Below, piece by piece: positions 10,093-21,186 of a stretch of 64,000 nt of DNA. The DNA comes from a virus (Duplodnaviria > Caudoviricetes), in the IMG/VR virus record IMGVR_UViG_3300003962_000013, positions 50,785-114,784 of that record, one strand, 5' to 3'. The notes below the pieces were generated by a model. It searched no databases, had not been told where the DNA came from, and saw only the letters and a program-made list of their open reading frames with translations. The position numbers were made by a program, and so were the translations under genes. Every line of letters begins with the position of its first letter. The first letter of the stretch is position 1.

Positions 10093-11259
10093 TTATTTTT
10101 TACTACCGAATGCTAATTCTCTCATACGTGAAAATGCTGCATTATCTTCGATAATAGGTTTTGATTGAGTACTACTTGCTATAGATTTAGAAGCTGATCC
10201 TAATGATTCTTTAATTGGGGCTTTTTGTAAAGTAGATACTTTAAAGCTTTCTTGTAAAGTTTCATAAACCAATTCTACTTCTTTTTTAGTAGTTGCTTTA
10301 TCAAATGCTGTTAACACTTTAACTTTTTGAGTTTCTGTTAACGTTTTGTTACGGAAAATTTTGTTAGTATAAAGAAGTTTAGCGTTTAACAAATTAACTT
10401 CATTAAGTTCTGATGTAAGAGTTTTAACTAACTTACGTGATTCTTCTAATTCTTTTTCTTTTTCATTAGTTTCCTCAAGTCGAGATTGTTTTTCTCCTGA
10501 TCCACCACCACCAGTAAACGAACCAGCAGCACTAGAAACACCAGATACACTTTTTAAAAGTTTGTATTGAGCCATAAATTCTGCATCATCTTTAAGTTCA
10601 GGAGATTCTTTTAATTTTTTCTCCATTTCTTTAACAAATTCTGCTGGTTGTTTAAATGGATTGAACATATTTCCAATACCTTTTAAAATACCCATTCCTT
10701 TACCTTCTTCAATAGTTTCTTCTTCAGCTGTGATTTCTTCTGTTTCGGATAAAAGTTCTTCAATATTGATTTCTTCTTCATCTTCAACTTCGATTTCATC
10801 TTCTGTTTCTTCAGCTTCTTCTTCAACTTCCTCATTTTCCTCATCTTCATGGCTTGCTTCAAGTTCACCTGCTGCTACCATGTCTTGGATTACTCCTTCA
10901 ATAAAAGATTTAAGATCATCTTCAGACATATCTTCAACAGATATTTCTTCTTCTTCTTCTTTTTCTTCCTTTTCTTCCTTTTCAGCTTCGTTGATTTCGG
11001 TTTCACCTTCTTCAAGTTCAGCTAAAAGTTCATCTAAAGAAATTTCTTCCATTGATTCTGCTTCTTCATTTACAATTTCTTCCTTTACTTCTTCTTTTTC
11101 TTCAGCTTCTTCCATTTCTGCAAGTTTAGCGAATAATTTTTCTTTTAAGTAAGGGGTAAATTGTTCTTCCAAAGCAAGTTTTGCATTAGCTAAAGCTGTT
11201 TCTTTTACAGTTTGAGCATCTGCGATTGATTCGCTTAGCAAATCTCTGTTTGTTTTCAT
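10093..11259 (-). CDS. Prohead core scaffolding protein
   Basis: Very acidic coiled-coil protein directly upstream of the capsid gene; NLLNAKLLYTNK motif. Confidence 0.8.
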   Translation of the reverse strand: MKTNRDLLSESIADAQTVKETALANAKLALEEQFTPYLKEKLFAKLAEMEEAEEKEEVKEEIVNEEAESMEEISLDELLAELEEGETEINEAEKEEKEEKEEEEEISVEDMSEDDLKSFIEGVIQDMVAAGELEASHEDEENEEVEEEAEETEDEIEVEDEEEINIEELLSETEEITAEEETIEEGKGMGILKGIGNMFNPFKQPAEFVKEMEKKLKESPELKDDAEFMAQYKLLKSVSGVSSAAGSFTGGGGSGEKQSRLEETNEKEKELEESRKLVKTLTSELNEVNLLNAKLLYTNKIFRNKTLTETQKVKVLTAFDKATTKKEVELVYETLQESFKVSTLQKAPIKESLGSASKSIASSTQSKPIIEDNAAFSRMRELAFGSKK

Positions 11260-11401
11260 TTTTTCCTTAATTTTTTAATTGGAAATACACTTAATACGAA
11301 AAGAATTTTTCAAAGTGTAATAAATTTATTGCGGTAGGATGCCTCATATTTTGGGCACATTCCGATATACATATATAAAAAATATTCAAAAATTGAAAAA
11401 T

Positions 11402-11998
11402 TTAAAAAAACTTTTTTCCTTTTGATATATTATCCGAAGCCCACAATGGTTGTAAATTAGTATAATGACACAATTTAATTAATTCTTCTTTATTTTTGGC
11501 ACTTGATAATGGAATTATGTGATCAATATGCCATTTACCATAATTTTCCCAATTCATACCTTCAGTAAATAAATTTTCAATATGTTTAACCCCAAATTTA
11601 AAATTACATCCCAATAATTTCTCTGTTTTACCTTCTTTTTTCCATTTTGTTCTTCTAAAAGCATGATTAATTCTTACTCTAAGATTTGTTGAAAAATTAT
11701 ACAATGGATCTATTAATTTTTTGTTTTTTTGATAATTTTTAATATATTCTCGTTTTTGAGATTGTGTTTTAGGGATGAATTTAGGTTGGGTGTTTTTATA
11801 AATTAAATATTTTTCTTTGTAATAATTAGGATTTAACTTATACCAATTTTTATGGTATTCGGAATTAGATTTTACCCAAATATTATTATTACCATATAAA
11901 CATTCTTTACACCAATATGTATAACCATCTTTACTTTTTTTATCTTTATTAAAGTATTTTATATCTTTTTCTATTTTACATTTACTACAAATTTTCAT
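11402..11998 (-). CDS. HNH homing endonuclease
   Basis: KICSKC; WHIDHIIPLS…CHYTNLQPLWASDNISKG. Confidence 0.88.
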   Translation of the reverse strand: MKICSKCKIEKDIKYFNKDKKSKDGYTYWCKECLYGNNNIWVKSNSEYHKNWYKLNPNYYKEKYLIYKNTQPKFIPKTQSQKREYIKNYQKNKKLIDPLYNFSTNLRVRINHAFRRTKWKKEGKTEKLLGCNFKFGVKHIENLFTEGMNWENYGKWHIDHIIPLSSAKNKEELIKLCHYTNLQPLWASDNISKGKKFF

Positions 11999-12035
11999 TT
12001 TTTATTATAAATATTCAAAGTCGCAAAATGCGAAA

Positions 12036-12063
12036 AAGAAAAGCACTTCTTTTTGAAGTGCTT
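12036..12063 (-). terminator. Intrinsic terminator after the protease gene
   Basis: AAGCACTTC-AAAAA-GAAGTGCTT followed by a T-run. Confidence 0.65.
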
Positions 12064-12093
12064 CGATTTTAATATTCTATATTAAAAGGGGTA

Positions 12094-12696
12094 CTATACT
12101 ATTGGGCAAGATCCATTAGCACAAAGTATTTCTGTTACTAAACTATTTAATTTTAGATATGGATCTACATTATGGTTTAATCCTTCATGAATTGGAGACA
12201 TATATGAACCAGGATTTGAAGGAGTACTAACGAAATCCCAACATAATAATTCAAAATCATCCTGAACTTCTAATACTTCACCCACTTGCTTTAAACTACC
12301 CATCCCACGAGATGATACACCTACTCTAATATTATTTTCTATAAGTGATTTTAATATATTTCCTGATGGGGTTGGGAGGATTTCAATTGCCCCCATAACT
12401 TTATCTCCATCCCACCATAATTTTTTAATATTGTGAGATACATTTTTTAAGTTAATAATTTGAGAATCGGGGTGATCTAATTCGCCTAATGCTCTATTTT
12501 CGTTAACTAAGGTTAGATATTTATCGATTTCTCTTTCCCATAATTCTTTAGAATAATATCTACCATTTCCATTCTTAACTTCACAAGTAGCTAATATACC
12601 TTCAACTAATGGATTACCAGATATACTATCACGAGATTCAGTTAACATTTTTGGAGAAATGTTAAATGGAGTTGTTTCTATAAGTAGTGGTTTCAT
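12094..12696 (-). CDS. gp21: Prohead core protease (T4 gp21-like)
   Basis: NGNGRYY, ALGELDHP, GVSSRGMGS, DFVSTPS. Confidence 0.95.
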   Translation of the reverse strand: MKPLLIETTPFNISPKMLTESRDSISGNPLVEGILATCEVKNGNGRYYSKELWEREIDKYLTLVNENRALGELDHPDSQIINLKNVSHNIKKLWWDGDKVMGAIEILPTPSGNILKSLIENNIRVGVSSRGMGSLKQVGEVLEVQDDFELLCWDFVSTPSNPGSYMSPIHEGLNHNVDPYLKLNSLVTEILCANGSCPIV

Positions 12697-12697
12697 A

Positions 12698-13948
12698 TTA
12701 TTTTTTATCTAATTCTTCTTTTATAATTTCTCTTATTAAAATGCGAAGTTTTTCTTCTTGTAATCCTGATTGAAGTTCTTTAATTTTCAATTCAATTTCT
12801 GCTTTACGATCAGGATCAGTTGTACTCATTAATTCTTGTTCTAAATCTGCTATTTGTGCTGAAATAGGGTCCAAAGTTTTAATTTGGGCTTTTTTATATT
12901 CTATTTCTTCATCAGGATTACCTGCTACACCATGAATATCAGTTTCATCTACTTTATCAGATTTATATGAATACCAATTTTTTATATCAAATGGGTCTAT
13001 TCCTTTTTTAATTAAAGCATTTTTACTATAAATTATAAAGTCAGATGGTTTACTATCAGGGAATATATCTTTCAAATCCATCTTAGCATAATATTTTAAG
13101 CTTTCAACATCTGAAACTGTTTCCCAACCTTCTACTACTTTATTATCTGATTTACGAATAGCGAAATGGGTATATTTTTTATTGATATTTTCTTCTATTT
13201 GTTCAATATTTTCTTTTAATTTAATTTTTTTCTCAGCACCAGGCATTTTCATTTTTTTAACACCAGGAGAATTTTGAGGAGCTACTTCCATTTCTTTTAC
13301 TTTAGATGGATTAGAAGTTTTAGCTTCTTTATCACCTAATGAATCTTGAACATTAGCTTTTACTTTCTCAACTTTTTTATCAGTATCTAAATCACCATAT
13401 CCACTTGATTTATGTGGACCTTTAGCAGGTTTTGGTTCACCCAAACCAGGAGCATCAACTGTGTACCCTACACCCTTAGTTCCAAATTCACCATCTTTAG
13501 TATAATATAGAGGATCTTTAGCTAGATTTTTAACAACCATAGCTTTGATTTCTTCTGCTGTTTTATCATGATTTTTTTCATCTTTTAATTCAGCATAAAA
13601 ACCTTTCATTATTTCATTGAAATTAATGTTATCAACATTTTTAGTATCTGATGGTTGAAAAGCATTTTTATTAGCGTCTTTAACTTCTTTAGATGGTTCT
13701 TTTTCTTCAGCTTTAACTTCTTCAGCTAAAATTTTCTTCCAATCAAAAATATCAAATCCTTTAGAAACCACACCCCCAGCATTTGCTTCGCTGATGACTT
13801 GTTTAGATTTTAATACACGTGTTGCAGTATCAAAATCAGAGTATTGGTTAATATATTGAGGAAATAATTGACGAGCTTGTTTTAAAAATTGAATTTTATT
13901 TCCTTTACCATTTTGAATGGCATTATAGTGTTCCTGTAGGGTTTTCAT
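12698..13948 (-). CDS. Head-associated hypothetical protein
   Basis: 416 aa in the head module; KNLAKDPLYY; C-terminal LRILIREIIKEEL. Confidence 0.55.
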   Translation of the reverse strand: MKTLQEHYNAIQNGKGNKIQFLKQARQLFPQYINQYSDFDTATRVLKSKQVISEANAGGVVSKGFDIFDWKKILAEEVKAEEKEPSKEVKDANKNAFQPSDTKNVDNINFNEIMKGFYAELKDEKNHDKTAEEIKAMVVKNLAKDPLYYTKDGEFGTKGVGYTVDAPGLGEPKPAKGPHKSSGYGDLDTDKKVEKVKANVQDSLGDKEAKTSNPSKVKEMEVAPQNSPGVKKMKMPGAEKKIKLKENIEQIEENINKKYTHFAIRKSDNKVVEGWETVSDVESLKYYAKMDLKDIFPDSKPSDFIIYSKNALIKKGIDPFDIKNWYSYKSDKVDETDIHGVAGNPDEEIEYKKAQIKTLDPISAQIADLEQELMSTTDPDRKAEIELKIKELQSGLQEEKLRILIREIIKEELDKK

Positions 13949-14747
13949 TTATTGATTTGTCTTTAAATAATGTTATTAAATCGTCTAAGTAATCTGAAGC
14001 TAAATCAGTTCCGTACTTTACATCAAAGTTTGGATTATTTTTATAATATTCCATTGTTTCGGTTTTTGCTTTTTTCAACAATGGTAATAATGTATTTAAT
14101 TTATCTTCAATTTTGTCAAAATCTGTTATTCTAGTGCTAACAAATTGTTTTAAAGCAGGATCTTGTAAATTCAATGAATCTACATATGATTGAGAATCTT
14201 GGTTTTCAGTCCAAAGATTTTTTACTTCAATTCCTTTAGCTGCTTTTCTTAATTTATTTTTATTAACTGCTTTCCAGCCTAATTTATAGTAATAAATATC
14301 CTGCGCTCCATCAGCTTTTTTATCAGGATTAAAAGCGTTAGGAGTTGCGTATTGCTCTCCTTCACCTGGTTCAAAATGACCTGCTGAATCACCACCTCCA
14401 GTGGAGCTTTCTTCTTTTAAATAATTTTTAATGAATTCTTTGATTTCATTTTCATTCATTAATTGAAGTTGCTTATACTGTTTTGGATAATTTGCACGCA
14501 AATGGGATTTGAATTGATTCCATAAGTATTTAAATCCTTCATATATTTCTTTAAATTTTGGGTCTTTTTTTATTTCATCATCTAAAATAAAATCTTTAAA
14601 TATCTTGTTAAGATTTTTGAAATTTTTATATAATAATGAATAATTAGCTTTATATGAAACATCCCAAGTGATACCCCCAGTTTCAGGATTCACATCAGAT
14701 TGTTTAGTAACAAATCCTTCTGGATTAGAATCTTTATTTTCCATCAT
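13923..14747 (-). CDS. Head-associated hypothetical protein
   Basis: 274 aa; EESSTGG…YATPNAF; located between portal and protease. Confidence 0.55.
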   Translation of the reverse strand: MMENKDSNPEGFVTKQSDVNPETGGITWDVSYKANYSLLYKNFKNLNKIFKDFILDDEIKKDPKFKEIYEGFKYLWNQFKSHLRANYPKQYKQLQLMNENEIKEFIKNYLKEESSTGGGDSAGHFEPGEGEQYATPNAFNPDKKADGAQDIYYYKLGWKAVNKNKLRKAAKGIEVKNLWTENQDSQSYVDSLNLQDPALKQFVSTRITDFDKIEDKLNTLLPLLKKAKTETMEYYKNNPNFDVKYGTDLASDYLDDLITLFKDKSINENPTGTL

Positions 14748-15594
14748 TTGTTTTAGTTAATTCTTCTACTAAATCACAATATTGAAGTAAATTTATTATG
14801 TGTTCGTTTGTTATTTTTTCATTCTTATTTAATTCAACTAAGAAATTTAAAATTTCGTTTATTTTTATTTTGATAACTGGGTTTTTAGTTGATTCATTTA
14901 ATAATGAAATTTGAGATTTAAATTCTACAATTTTATTATTATAAAATTCTTTTAACTTCAATGTGTTATCTGAAATGTTTATATATTCTTTAAGAATTGA
15001 TTTTTTGTTAGAACTAAATTCAGCGTATTTTTTATTGAATTTTTCTAATAATATTTTATAGGCTAAGAAACGAGTATCTCTATCATGTTTAGCAAATTCA
15101 TCTACAGGTGTTATATTAGGAGTAGATTTGTTTGATGAAGAAGTTAAGTGTTCTAGAAGAACTAATTTATTATTTATGATTTGTTCATGAATAATATTTT
15201 TTTCATTATGAGAAGCTTCTATTAATGTATATATGGAAGCTTGTGCTTTATAATGAGGAAGTTTAGTTTTAAAAAATTCTTCTAAATTATAATGAGTTTT
15301 TATTTCATTAATTAAATTATATTTTTGTCTTTTAAGTAAAGATCTGTTTAGTTGTTTAGCACTTTCTAATACCGTATTGATTACAATTTCTGCTTTACCT
15401 TCAGTTAGATTAGTTCGTTTAAGTAAACTATCATATAGTTTATATTCTCTTCCCAATTCTGTTTTACTAAAATATTTTTTTAGTATATTAGTGGCTTCCG
15501 AATTTTTTCCTGATAGAGTATCTGTGGTGATTTGTCTAACTAAAAGTTCAAACAAAATACCTGTGTTTTTAAATTTTGAATGTTTAATCAACAT
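14734..15594 (-). CDS. Conserved head-module hypothetical protein
   Basis: IKHSKFKNTGILFELL N-terminus; directly after the portal gene. Confidence 0.6.
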   Translation of the reverse strand: MLIKHSKFKNTGILFELLVRQITTDTLSGKNSEATNILKKYFSKTELGREYKLYDSLLKRTNLTEGKAEIVINTVLESAKQLNRSLLKRQKYNLINEIKTHYNLEEFFKTKLPHYKAQASIYTLIEASHNEKNIIHEQIINNKLVLLEHLTSSSNKSTPNITPVDEFAKHDRDTRFLAYKILLEKFNKKYAEFSSNKKSILKEYINISDNTLKLKEFYNNKIVEFKSQISLLNESTKNPVIKIKINEILNFLVELNKNEKITNEHIINLLQYCDLVEELTKTNDGK

Positions 15595-15631
15595 CTAGGT
15601 TTAATTTTTATTATAAATATATAAGAAATTT

Positions 15632-17503
15632 TTAATCTCGCAATTTAGATTCATCAAGTAATGATTCTTTTGACTTATCGGTTTGAAAAACAAGTTTTTT
15701 ATCTAGTTCAGTAAGAAACTGTTTGTTTTTTAAATATGTTGTTTGAATATTTTCATTAAGTGATTTTGAATTATATCCAGGTTGATCATCTGTTTTCATA
15801 TCTTTTTTACCTAATCTATCTCTACCAAAAGCATTACCTTGGGTATTTATATCTGAGGCTTTTTCAGTTGGGCGTCCTAATTCTGTATTTCCATATCCTA
15901 CAGGTACATTATCAGGATCTGAAATAGTTCTTCCTTTACCATATAAAGCTGCTAAATCATGAGGTGTTCCATATGAACGTCCTGTTTCTAATGGATCGTT
16001 TCCTTCTTCAGTAACTTGAGCTAATCTAAATTTACGTTTAGCATCTTGTAAAATAAGATCTCTATATTCATCAAATTGATCTTCACTAAAGTGAAATATG
16101 TGGTGGTAAATCCAATCAGTAGGTAATAATTGAGCTTCCATAATAGTTTTAGCCAATTCTACTTTTTCCTTCATTAAATTGATTCTTTCTTGATCATATA
16201 TAATTGATGGAGTAGTTAATGATATTTCAAAATTAGTTAATGATTCACCTTTGTACCCTTGAGAATATAAGTGAACTAATGCTATTTTATATAATTCTGA
16301 TAGTATAATTCTTTGGATTCTATCTATTGTACGAGCAAATCTAATATCTTCTGCTGCTAATGTAGCTTTACCAGTTAAGTCTTTTTCATAACCCATAAAT
16401 GCTTTAGGTACTTTAAGAGCAGCAAACAATTTATCTCTTAAGTATTCAACGTCTTTAATTCCATCATATTCTAAACCTTTAGTAGTATCGATTTTAGTTG
16501 TTGTATCATTACCACGAACAGGAATATAAAAATCTTCTAACATGTTTTGCATGTTGTATTTTAAGTTATATTCACCTGTAGTTTGATCAATATATGGAGT
16601 TTTCTTCATAGTATTGATTGTTTTTTTCATGAAGTTTTCTACTTCATTTGGAGGAATAGCACCAACATTTATATAAAATACACGTTTTTCAGGAGCACGA
16701 GATATTCTATGAATTAACATAGCATCTTCCATCAATGTGTATTGTTTAAATAATTTACGAGCTGGTTCTATATATGAACGTCCATATGGTAAATAATTAA
16801 CATCAGTTAATAATCTAAAGTGGGCCATTTCATAATTTTCAAAAAATATCCCTGATCCATCTCCATTACCATATTGGTTTGGAACAACATATCCTGTTCC
16901 TCCACCTGTAAATCCATCTGGACTGAATTGAAATCTAACTGCTGTTGGGTTTTCTCGACTATAATTTTCTTGACGAGTTATATGATATGCAGTATAAGGA
17001 ATTACGTTATATACTCCAAATTTATCAGCTATTTCTAGTTTTAGGAAAAAATCTCCATATTTACACATTTGTCTAATCCATGACCAAAGATTAAATTCAA
17101 TATTTAAAACATCATAGAATAAATTGTATAATATTTTTTGTACATCTTCATCTGAACTTCTAATTTGAAGTACTTCCCCCATTTCATTTTTTAAAGTACA
17201 CTCATCTGAAACTATATCTAATACTGATGCAACTATAGCATCTGTATCCATTACATCATAGTCAGAGTATAATTGAGGTCTTAAATATTGATAGTTAGCA
17301 TTTAGTTGCTGACCATAAAGAGAGGTGGCATTAGTTGAATAGATTCTATTATATCTATCTATCAATGAATTAGTTTCGTATTTACCACTTCTTTGAATGG
17401 AATCGACATCCATTACTTTAATTTGATTTCCTCCTTGATTACGAATAATTACATCTGTAGAAAATAATCTTTGTAGTCTAGTAAATAAACTTTTATCTGC
17501 CAT
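15632..17503 (-). CDS. gp20: Portal protein (T4 gp20-like)
   Basis: MEDAMLIHRISRAPEKRVFYINVG; EDFYIPVRG; KLFAALKVPK. Confidence 0.95.
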   Translation of the reverse strand: MADKSLFTRLQRLFSTDVIIRNQGGNQIKVMDVDSIQRSGKYETNSLIDRYNRIYSTNATSLYGQQLNANYQYLRPQLYSDYDVMDTDAIVASVLDIVSDECTLKNEMGEVLQIRSSDEDVQKILYNLFYDVLNIEFNLWSWIRQMCKYGDFFLKLEIADKFGVYNVIPYTAYHITRQENYSRENPTAVRFQFSPDGFTGGGTGYVVPNQYGNGDGSGIFFENYEMAHFRLLTDVNYLPYGRSYIEPARKLFKQYTLMEDAMLIHRISRAPEKRVFYINVGAIPPNEVENFMKKTINTMKKTPYIDQTTGEYNLKYNMQNMLEDFYIPVRGNDTTTKIDTTKGLEYDGIKDVEYLRDKLFAALKVPKAFMGYEKDLTGKATLAAEDIRFARTIDRIQRIILSELYKIALVHLYSQGYKGESLTNFEISLTTPSIIYDQERINLMKEKVELAKTIMEAQLLPTDWIYHHIFHFSEDQFDEYRDLILQDAKRKFRLAQVTEEGNDPLETGRSYGTPHDLAALYGKGRTISDPDNVPVGYGNTELGRPTEKASDINTQGNAFGRDRLGKKDMKTDDQPGYNSKSLNENIQTTYLKNKQFLTELDKKLVFQTDKSKESLLDESKLRD

Positions 17504-17514
17504 TAGTTATTGTT

Positions 17515-19095
17515 TTATTTTTCAAATAACCATCTGAAATCCTCAGAATTGTTATTTGTAATGTTCATAGAATATGGGTTATCCATTCCCGAAGCAAAAT
17601 ATGCTCCTTGATATGGAGATGGTTTTGTTATATTATTAAGAGTTGCTCTAGTCATCTCTAATCCTTGTTGTTTGTTTTTTAAGGCTGTATCTCTTACGTA
17701 CATTGCTGTATTATAAGACATTACCAAGTCATCATTATATCCAGATTGGGCTTCTGCTCTACCATTTTTCCAAACAAATACTTTCATTTCTTCTACTAAA
17801 CGTTTTGAGCGTAATATTACACTATGATCTCCTAAGTATTCTCTTCCTTTATTTATTACTAAAGGGCGAGTTCTTAAAGACATAGTAAATCCTGGGGTCA
17901 TTTTAGATATATCTTCATATTGATTAAAGTACGAATCTGATGTTAAATTATCACCCTTAGATGAATAATATAAATTTCTATATCCTCTTTCTATAATTGA
18001 ATCAATTGCTGACCATCCTATAGTTGCATTCTCAACTACTAGTAGTGCTTCATTATATTCTGTGGCTATACCACATAATAAATAACCAAATTCTTTAGGG
18101 GGAATTTGACCTTTATATTCTGCTACTTGAGCATTAGTTTCTAAATCAAATACATGAAATGCAGAATAATCTTTTCCATCTCCTCTAGCAACGTCTGCTA
18201 CTACCATATAATTTTTTGAATAATCAGCAGATTCCCATATCCATAAATTTTTATCAACACCTCTTCTTTCAAAAGGATCTACAACATATGAGGTTAAATA
18301 ATATTCCAGATGTTCAGGATAATATACTACTTCCCCGGATGTTGTAAAATCACAATCACATTCTTGTGATGCTAGTCTAGGATCTCCTAATAATTCATCT
18401 TGTCGTTTTCTCCAAGCTTCATCTCGTTCAGGATGAACATACCAAGGTAATTTAATTGGTAAAAAGTCGTTTTCTTTGGCTTCAGCCTTAACCCATGTTT
18501 GATGAAACCAATTACCAGTACCAAATGGAGTTGATAATACAATTGCACCCCCACCAGTAGCTAAGGTTTGTTGAGCAGAAGCCCATATTTCACCTATATT
18601 TTCAATAAATGCAGCCTCATCGACTATTAACAAAGATACTGCTTCTGAACGACCTGCATCACCTGCTGCTGAAACTGCTTTGATTTGAGAACCATTAGTT
18701 AATCTAAGGGTTAATTTATTATTTTCTTCTGCTGGTACTTTTAACCATGAAGGTAAATTTTCATACATGAATTTTACCTTGGTTACCATATTTTTGGCAG
18801 TTTCTTGTTTAGTAGCTAAACAAAGAACATTTTTATCTTTATGAAAGATCATCAACCATAGGGAATATCCTGCAGCTAATGTTGATATACCTAACTGGCG
18901 AGATTTAAGTACAATAGAATATGGGTTTTCTTTCCATAGATTTAATACTGTACCTTGAAATGGGTATAGATTAAATATTACTCTACCTCTTTGTGGATGT
19001 TGGATATGACAGTATTTACGCATGAAATGACTGGGGTCCTTTGCACAGGCAATATATTCATCACGTATTATTTGTTTTAAATCCGGGTTATTCAT
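17515..19095 (-). CDS. gp17: Terminase large subunit
   Basis: KSRQLGIST Walker A; IVDEAAF Walker B; ADVARGDGKDYS and NDDLVM nuclease motifs. Confidence 0.97.
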   Translation of the reverse strand: MNNPDLKQIIRDEYIACAKDPSHFMRKYCHIQHPQRGRVIFNLYPFQGTVLNLWKENPYSIVLKSRQLGISTLAAGYSLWLMIFHKDKNVLCLATKQETAKNMVTKVKFMYENLPSWLKVPAEENNKLTLRLTNGSQIKAVSAAGDAGRSEAVSLLIVDEAAFIENIGEIWASAQQTLATGGGAIVLSTPFGTGNWFHQTWVKAEAKENDFLPIKLPWYVHPERDEAWRKRQDELLGDPRLASQECDCDFTTSGEVVYYPEHLEYYLTSYVVDPFERRGVDKNLWIWESADYSKNYMVVADVARGDGKDYSAFHVFDLETNAQVAEYKGQIPPKEFGYLLCGIATEYNEALLVVENATIGWSAIDSIIERGYRNLYYSSKGDNLTSDSYFNQYEDISKMTPGFTMSLRTRPLVINKGREYLGDHSVILRSKRLVEEMKVFVWKNGRAEAQSGYNDDLVMSYNTAMYVRDTALKNKQQGLEMTRATLNNITKPSPYQGAYFASGMDNPYSMNITNNNSEDFRWLFEK

Positions 19096-19708
19096 GATAT
19101 GAAAAATTCCACTTTGATGTTTTATATTTCTTTTGTAAAGAATTAGTAATCAATGAAGGAGAGATATTTATGGATTTACTAGCTTCACTACAACTATTAT
19201 ATACTTTACCAGTATTATTATCTATGATTTTTTTACACATTCTATTAATATATTCTTTAGAATGCTTTTTTTTATCTTTTTGTTTTAATCCAACATTTTT
19301 TCTCCAACTTTGAGATTTCGCTATTTTGGATTGTTTATTTTTGGTATCTTGAGTTCTTTTTTTACCTAAATTATATGTATTTCCAATTTTAGATTTTCTG
19401 ATTTTTTCTTTTACCTCTTCACTTCTAGGCCCAATTCCATTATCGTTTAATTCACAATTTAATCCTTCATTTATTGAATTAAAATATATTTTATAATATT
19501 TTTCTCTTTCGTTTAGTTGATCTAAAGAACATTCTTCAATTATTTCAAATATATGATTTTCAGGACCATATTTTTTAAGTGAGTTATATATTTTAGGTTG
19601 TTGAGAACAATTCATCCTTTTATATTCTTTAAATCTTCTAATTATGTCAATACTTTGACCTATATAAATTTTATTCTTTGGATTAATTATTTTATAAATT
19701 CCTACCAT
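19088..19708 (-). CDS. GIY-YIG homing endonuclease
   Basis: GIYKI…IYIGQS; NUMOD3-like and NUMOD1-like C-terminal repeats. Confidence 0.9.
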   Translation of the reverse strand: MVGIYKIINPKNKIYIGQSIDIIRRFKEYKRMNCSQQPKIYNSLKKYGPENHIFEIIEECSLDQLNEREKYYKIYFNSINEGLNCELNDNGIGPRSEEVKEKIRKSKIGNTYNLGKKRTQDTKNKQSKIAKSQSWRKNVGLKQKDKKKHSKEYINRMCKKIIDNNTGKVYNSCSEASKSINISPSLITNSLQKKYKTSKWNFSYHE

Positions 19709-19709
19709 A

Positions 19710-20294
19710 TTATTTTTTACCTATTTTCCAATAGGTTCTTAAGCTTAGATTTGGTTGAAGGTTTCCATCTATTCCTATTCCTAATCCATAAGCTTGTTTC
19801 TTTTTAGTTCTCAACAATAATTCAGGTCCGAAATAATTAATTCCACTTTTACCCCCTACTAATCCTAATCCTACATAAAGTTCTACTTTATCTTTTACCA
19901 CAGTATGTGTTACATTCAATGTTGGGAGAATAAATTGATATTTTACTGAGCGAGATTTAATTTTATTTTCAGATACTGAATCATTAATATATAGTTTTAA
20001 TGAGTCTCCTTTTATAGAATCTTCATAATAATATGTTGAGTAATAATCTCCAACAACATATGCTGTATCTATAATTGTAGTAGTATCATGAATATATTCT
20101 TTTTTGGTTTTCCATTTAGGAATATATTCAGGAACTATTTGAGTAAATGTATCATGAGTTATTGTAGTGGTTGTAACAGTATCAGTAGAAGAAGATATTG
20201 AAGGTCCTCCTCCACATCTTTGTAAAAGAATTACAATTATCAAGACTATGATAATTATAAAATAAAATTTGGTTTTATTTTCGTTCCAATTCAT
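19710..20294 (-). CDS. Membrane-anchored protein (possible spanin)
   Basis: N-terminal hydrophobic helix followed by Cys; beta-rich C-terminus. Confidence 0.4.
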   Translation of the reverse strand: MNWNENKTKFYFIIIIVLIIVILLQRCGGGPSISSSTDTVTTTTITHDTFTQIVPEYIPKWKTKKEYIHDTTTIIDTAYVVGDYYSTYYYEDSIKGDSLKLYINDSVSENKIKSRSVKYQFILPTLNVTHTVVKDKVELYVGLGLVGGKSGINYFGPELLLRTKKKQAYGLGIGIDGNLQPNLSLRTYWKIGKK

Positions 20295-20298
20295 ATTA

Positions 20299-21165
20299 TT
20301 ACCCCATTACATCTGAAACCATATCTGCTAAATCAACACCTTTGGCTTTAAATAATTTTTTAACATCATCTCTATTGATTAATGTTTTTAAAATTTTAAA
20401 ATCATCAGATTCTAATCGTTTTGCTTTACTGATATCTTGTAATTTATTTACTTTAGATTCAATTCCTTTTTTTAATTTAGAATATTTTTCTTCATCTTCT
20501 GGGGATAATTTTTGAGCATATTCTTTTCCTCCAGTTGATTTTTCAACAGCTTTAATATCGGCAGCTTTTGGTTCATCTGGTATTGTTTCTTCTTCTTCTT
20601 CCTTTTCCCAATCATCTTTTACTTCAATATCTTCTTCATCATCATCTTTAGTAGCAGCTACTGTTGGTTCTTCAATATCGGTTTCTGGTTCTTCAATTGG
20701 AGTTTCTTCTTTATCAACTGCTTTAGGAGTTGTAGTTTTAGTTAGTGCAAATGCTCCTATTTTTAAGAATTCATTAACGGATGGATTTATTGCAGGTTGA
20801 CTAGATTTTCCTACTGCTTTAGCTAATTCTAATTGAGATATACCTTCTTCACCAGCTTTTTCTACTACATCTAAAAGGTCTCCTTTCCATGTTCCACCAT
20901 ATAATTTTTTAGCAATAGCCATTTTTGCTGGGTCTCCAACTTTGACATTATTTGGAGTACGAGCCATTTCATTAACTTTATCTTCTTCTAATGAAGGAGA
21001 GGTTTTAGATACTTCGGTTTTTTTCTTTTGTAGGGCTACAATTTCTTTATCTATAGCTACTTTTTTAGCATCTTGGGCTGCTTTATCTGCAGCAGCATCT
21101 TCGGATAAAGTTAGTGTATTAACAATTTCTTCTTTAATAAAATTATAAAATTCTTTACGTTTCAT
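20299..21165 (-). CDS. Putative internal head protein with HTH-like domain
   Basis: GISQLELAKAVGKSSQPAINP; paralogue of 21793..22458. Confidence 0.45.
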   Translation of the reverse strand: MKRKEFYNFIKEEIVNTLTLSEDAAADKAAQDAKKVAIDKEIVALQKKKTEVSKTSPSLEEDKVNEMARTPNNVKVGDPAKMAIAKKLYGGTWKGDLLDVVEKAGEEGISQLELAKAVGKSSQPAINPSVNEFLKIGAFALTKTTTPKAVDKEETPIEEPETDIEEPTVAATKDDDEEDIEVKDDWEKEEEEETIPDEPKAADIKAVEKSTGGKEYAQKLSPEDEEKYSKLKKGIESKVNKLQDISKAKRLESDDFKILKTLINRDDVKKLFKAKGVDLADMVSDVMG

Positions 21166-21186
21166 TGGGAGATTTTATTATAAATA

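Noticed and set aside
8392-19095. Group I introns or inteins in the capsid, portal or terminase genes
   Set aside because: The genes are continuous and of normal length; neighbouring endonucleases are intergenic.
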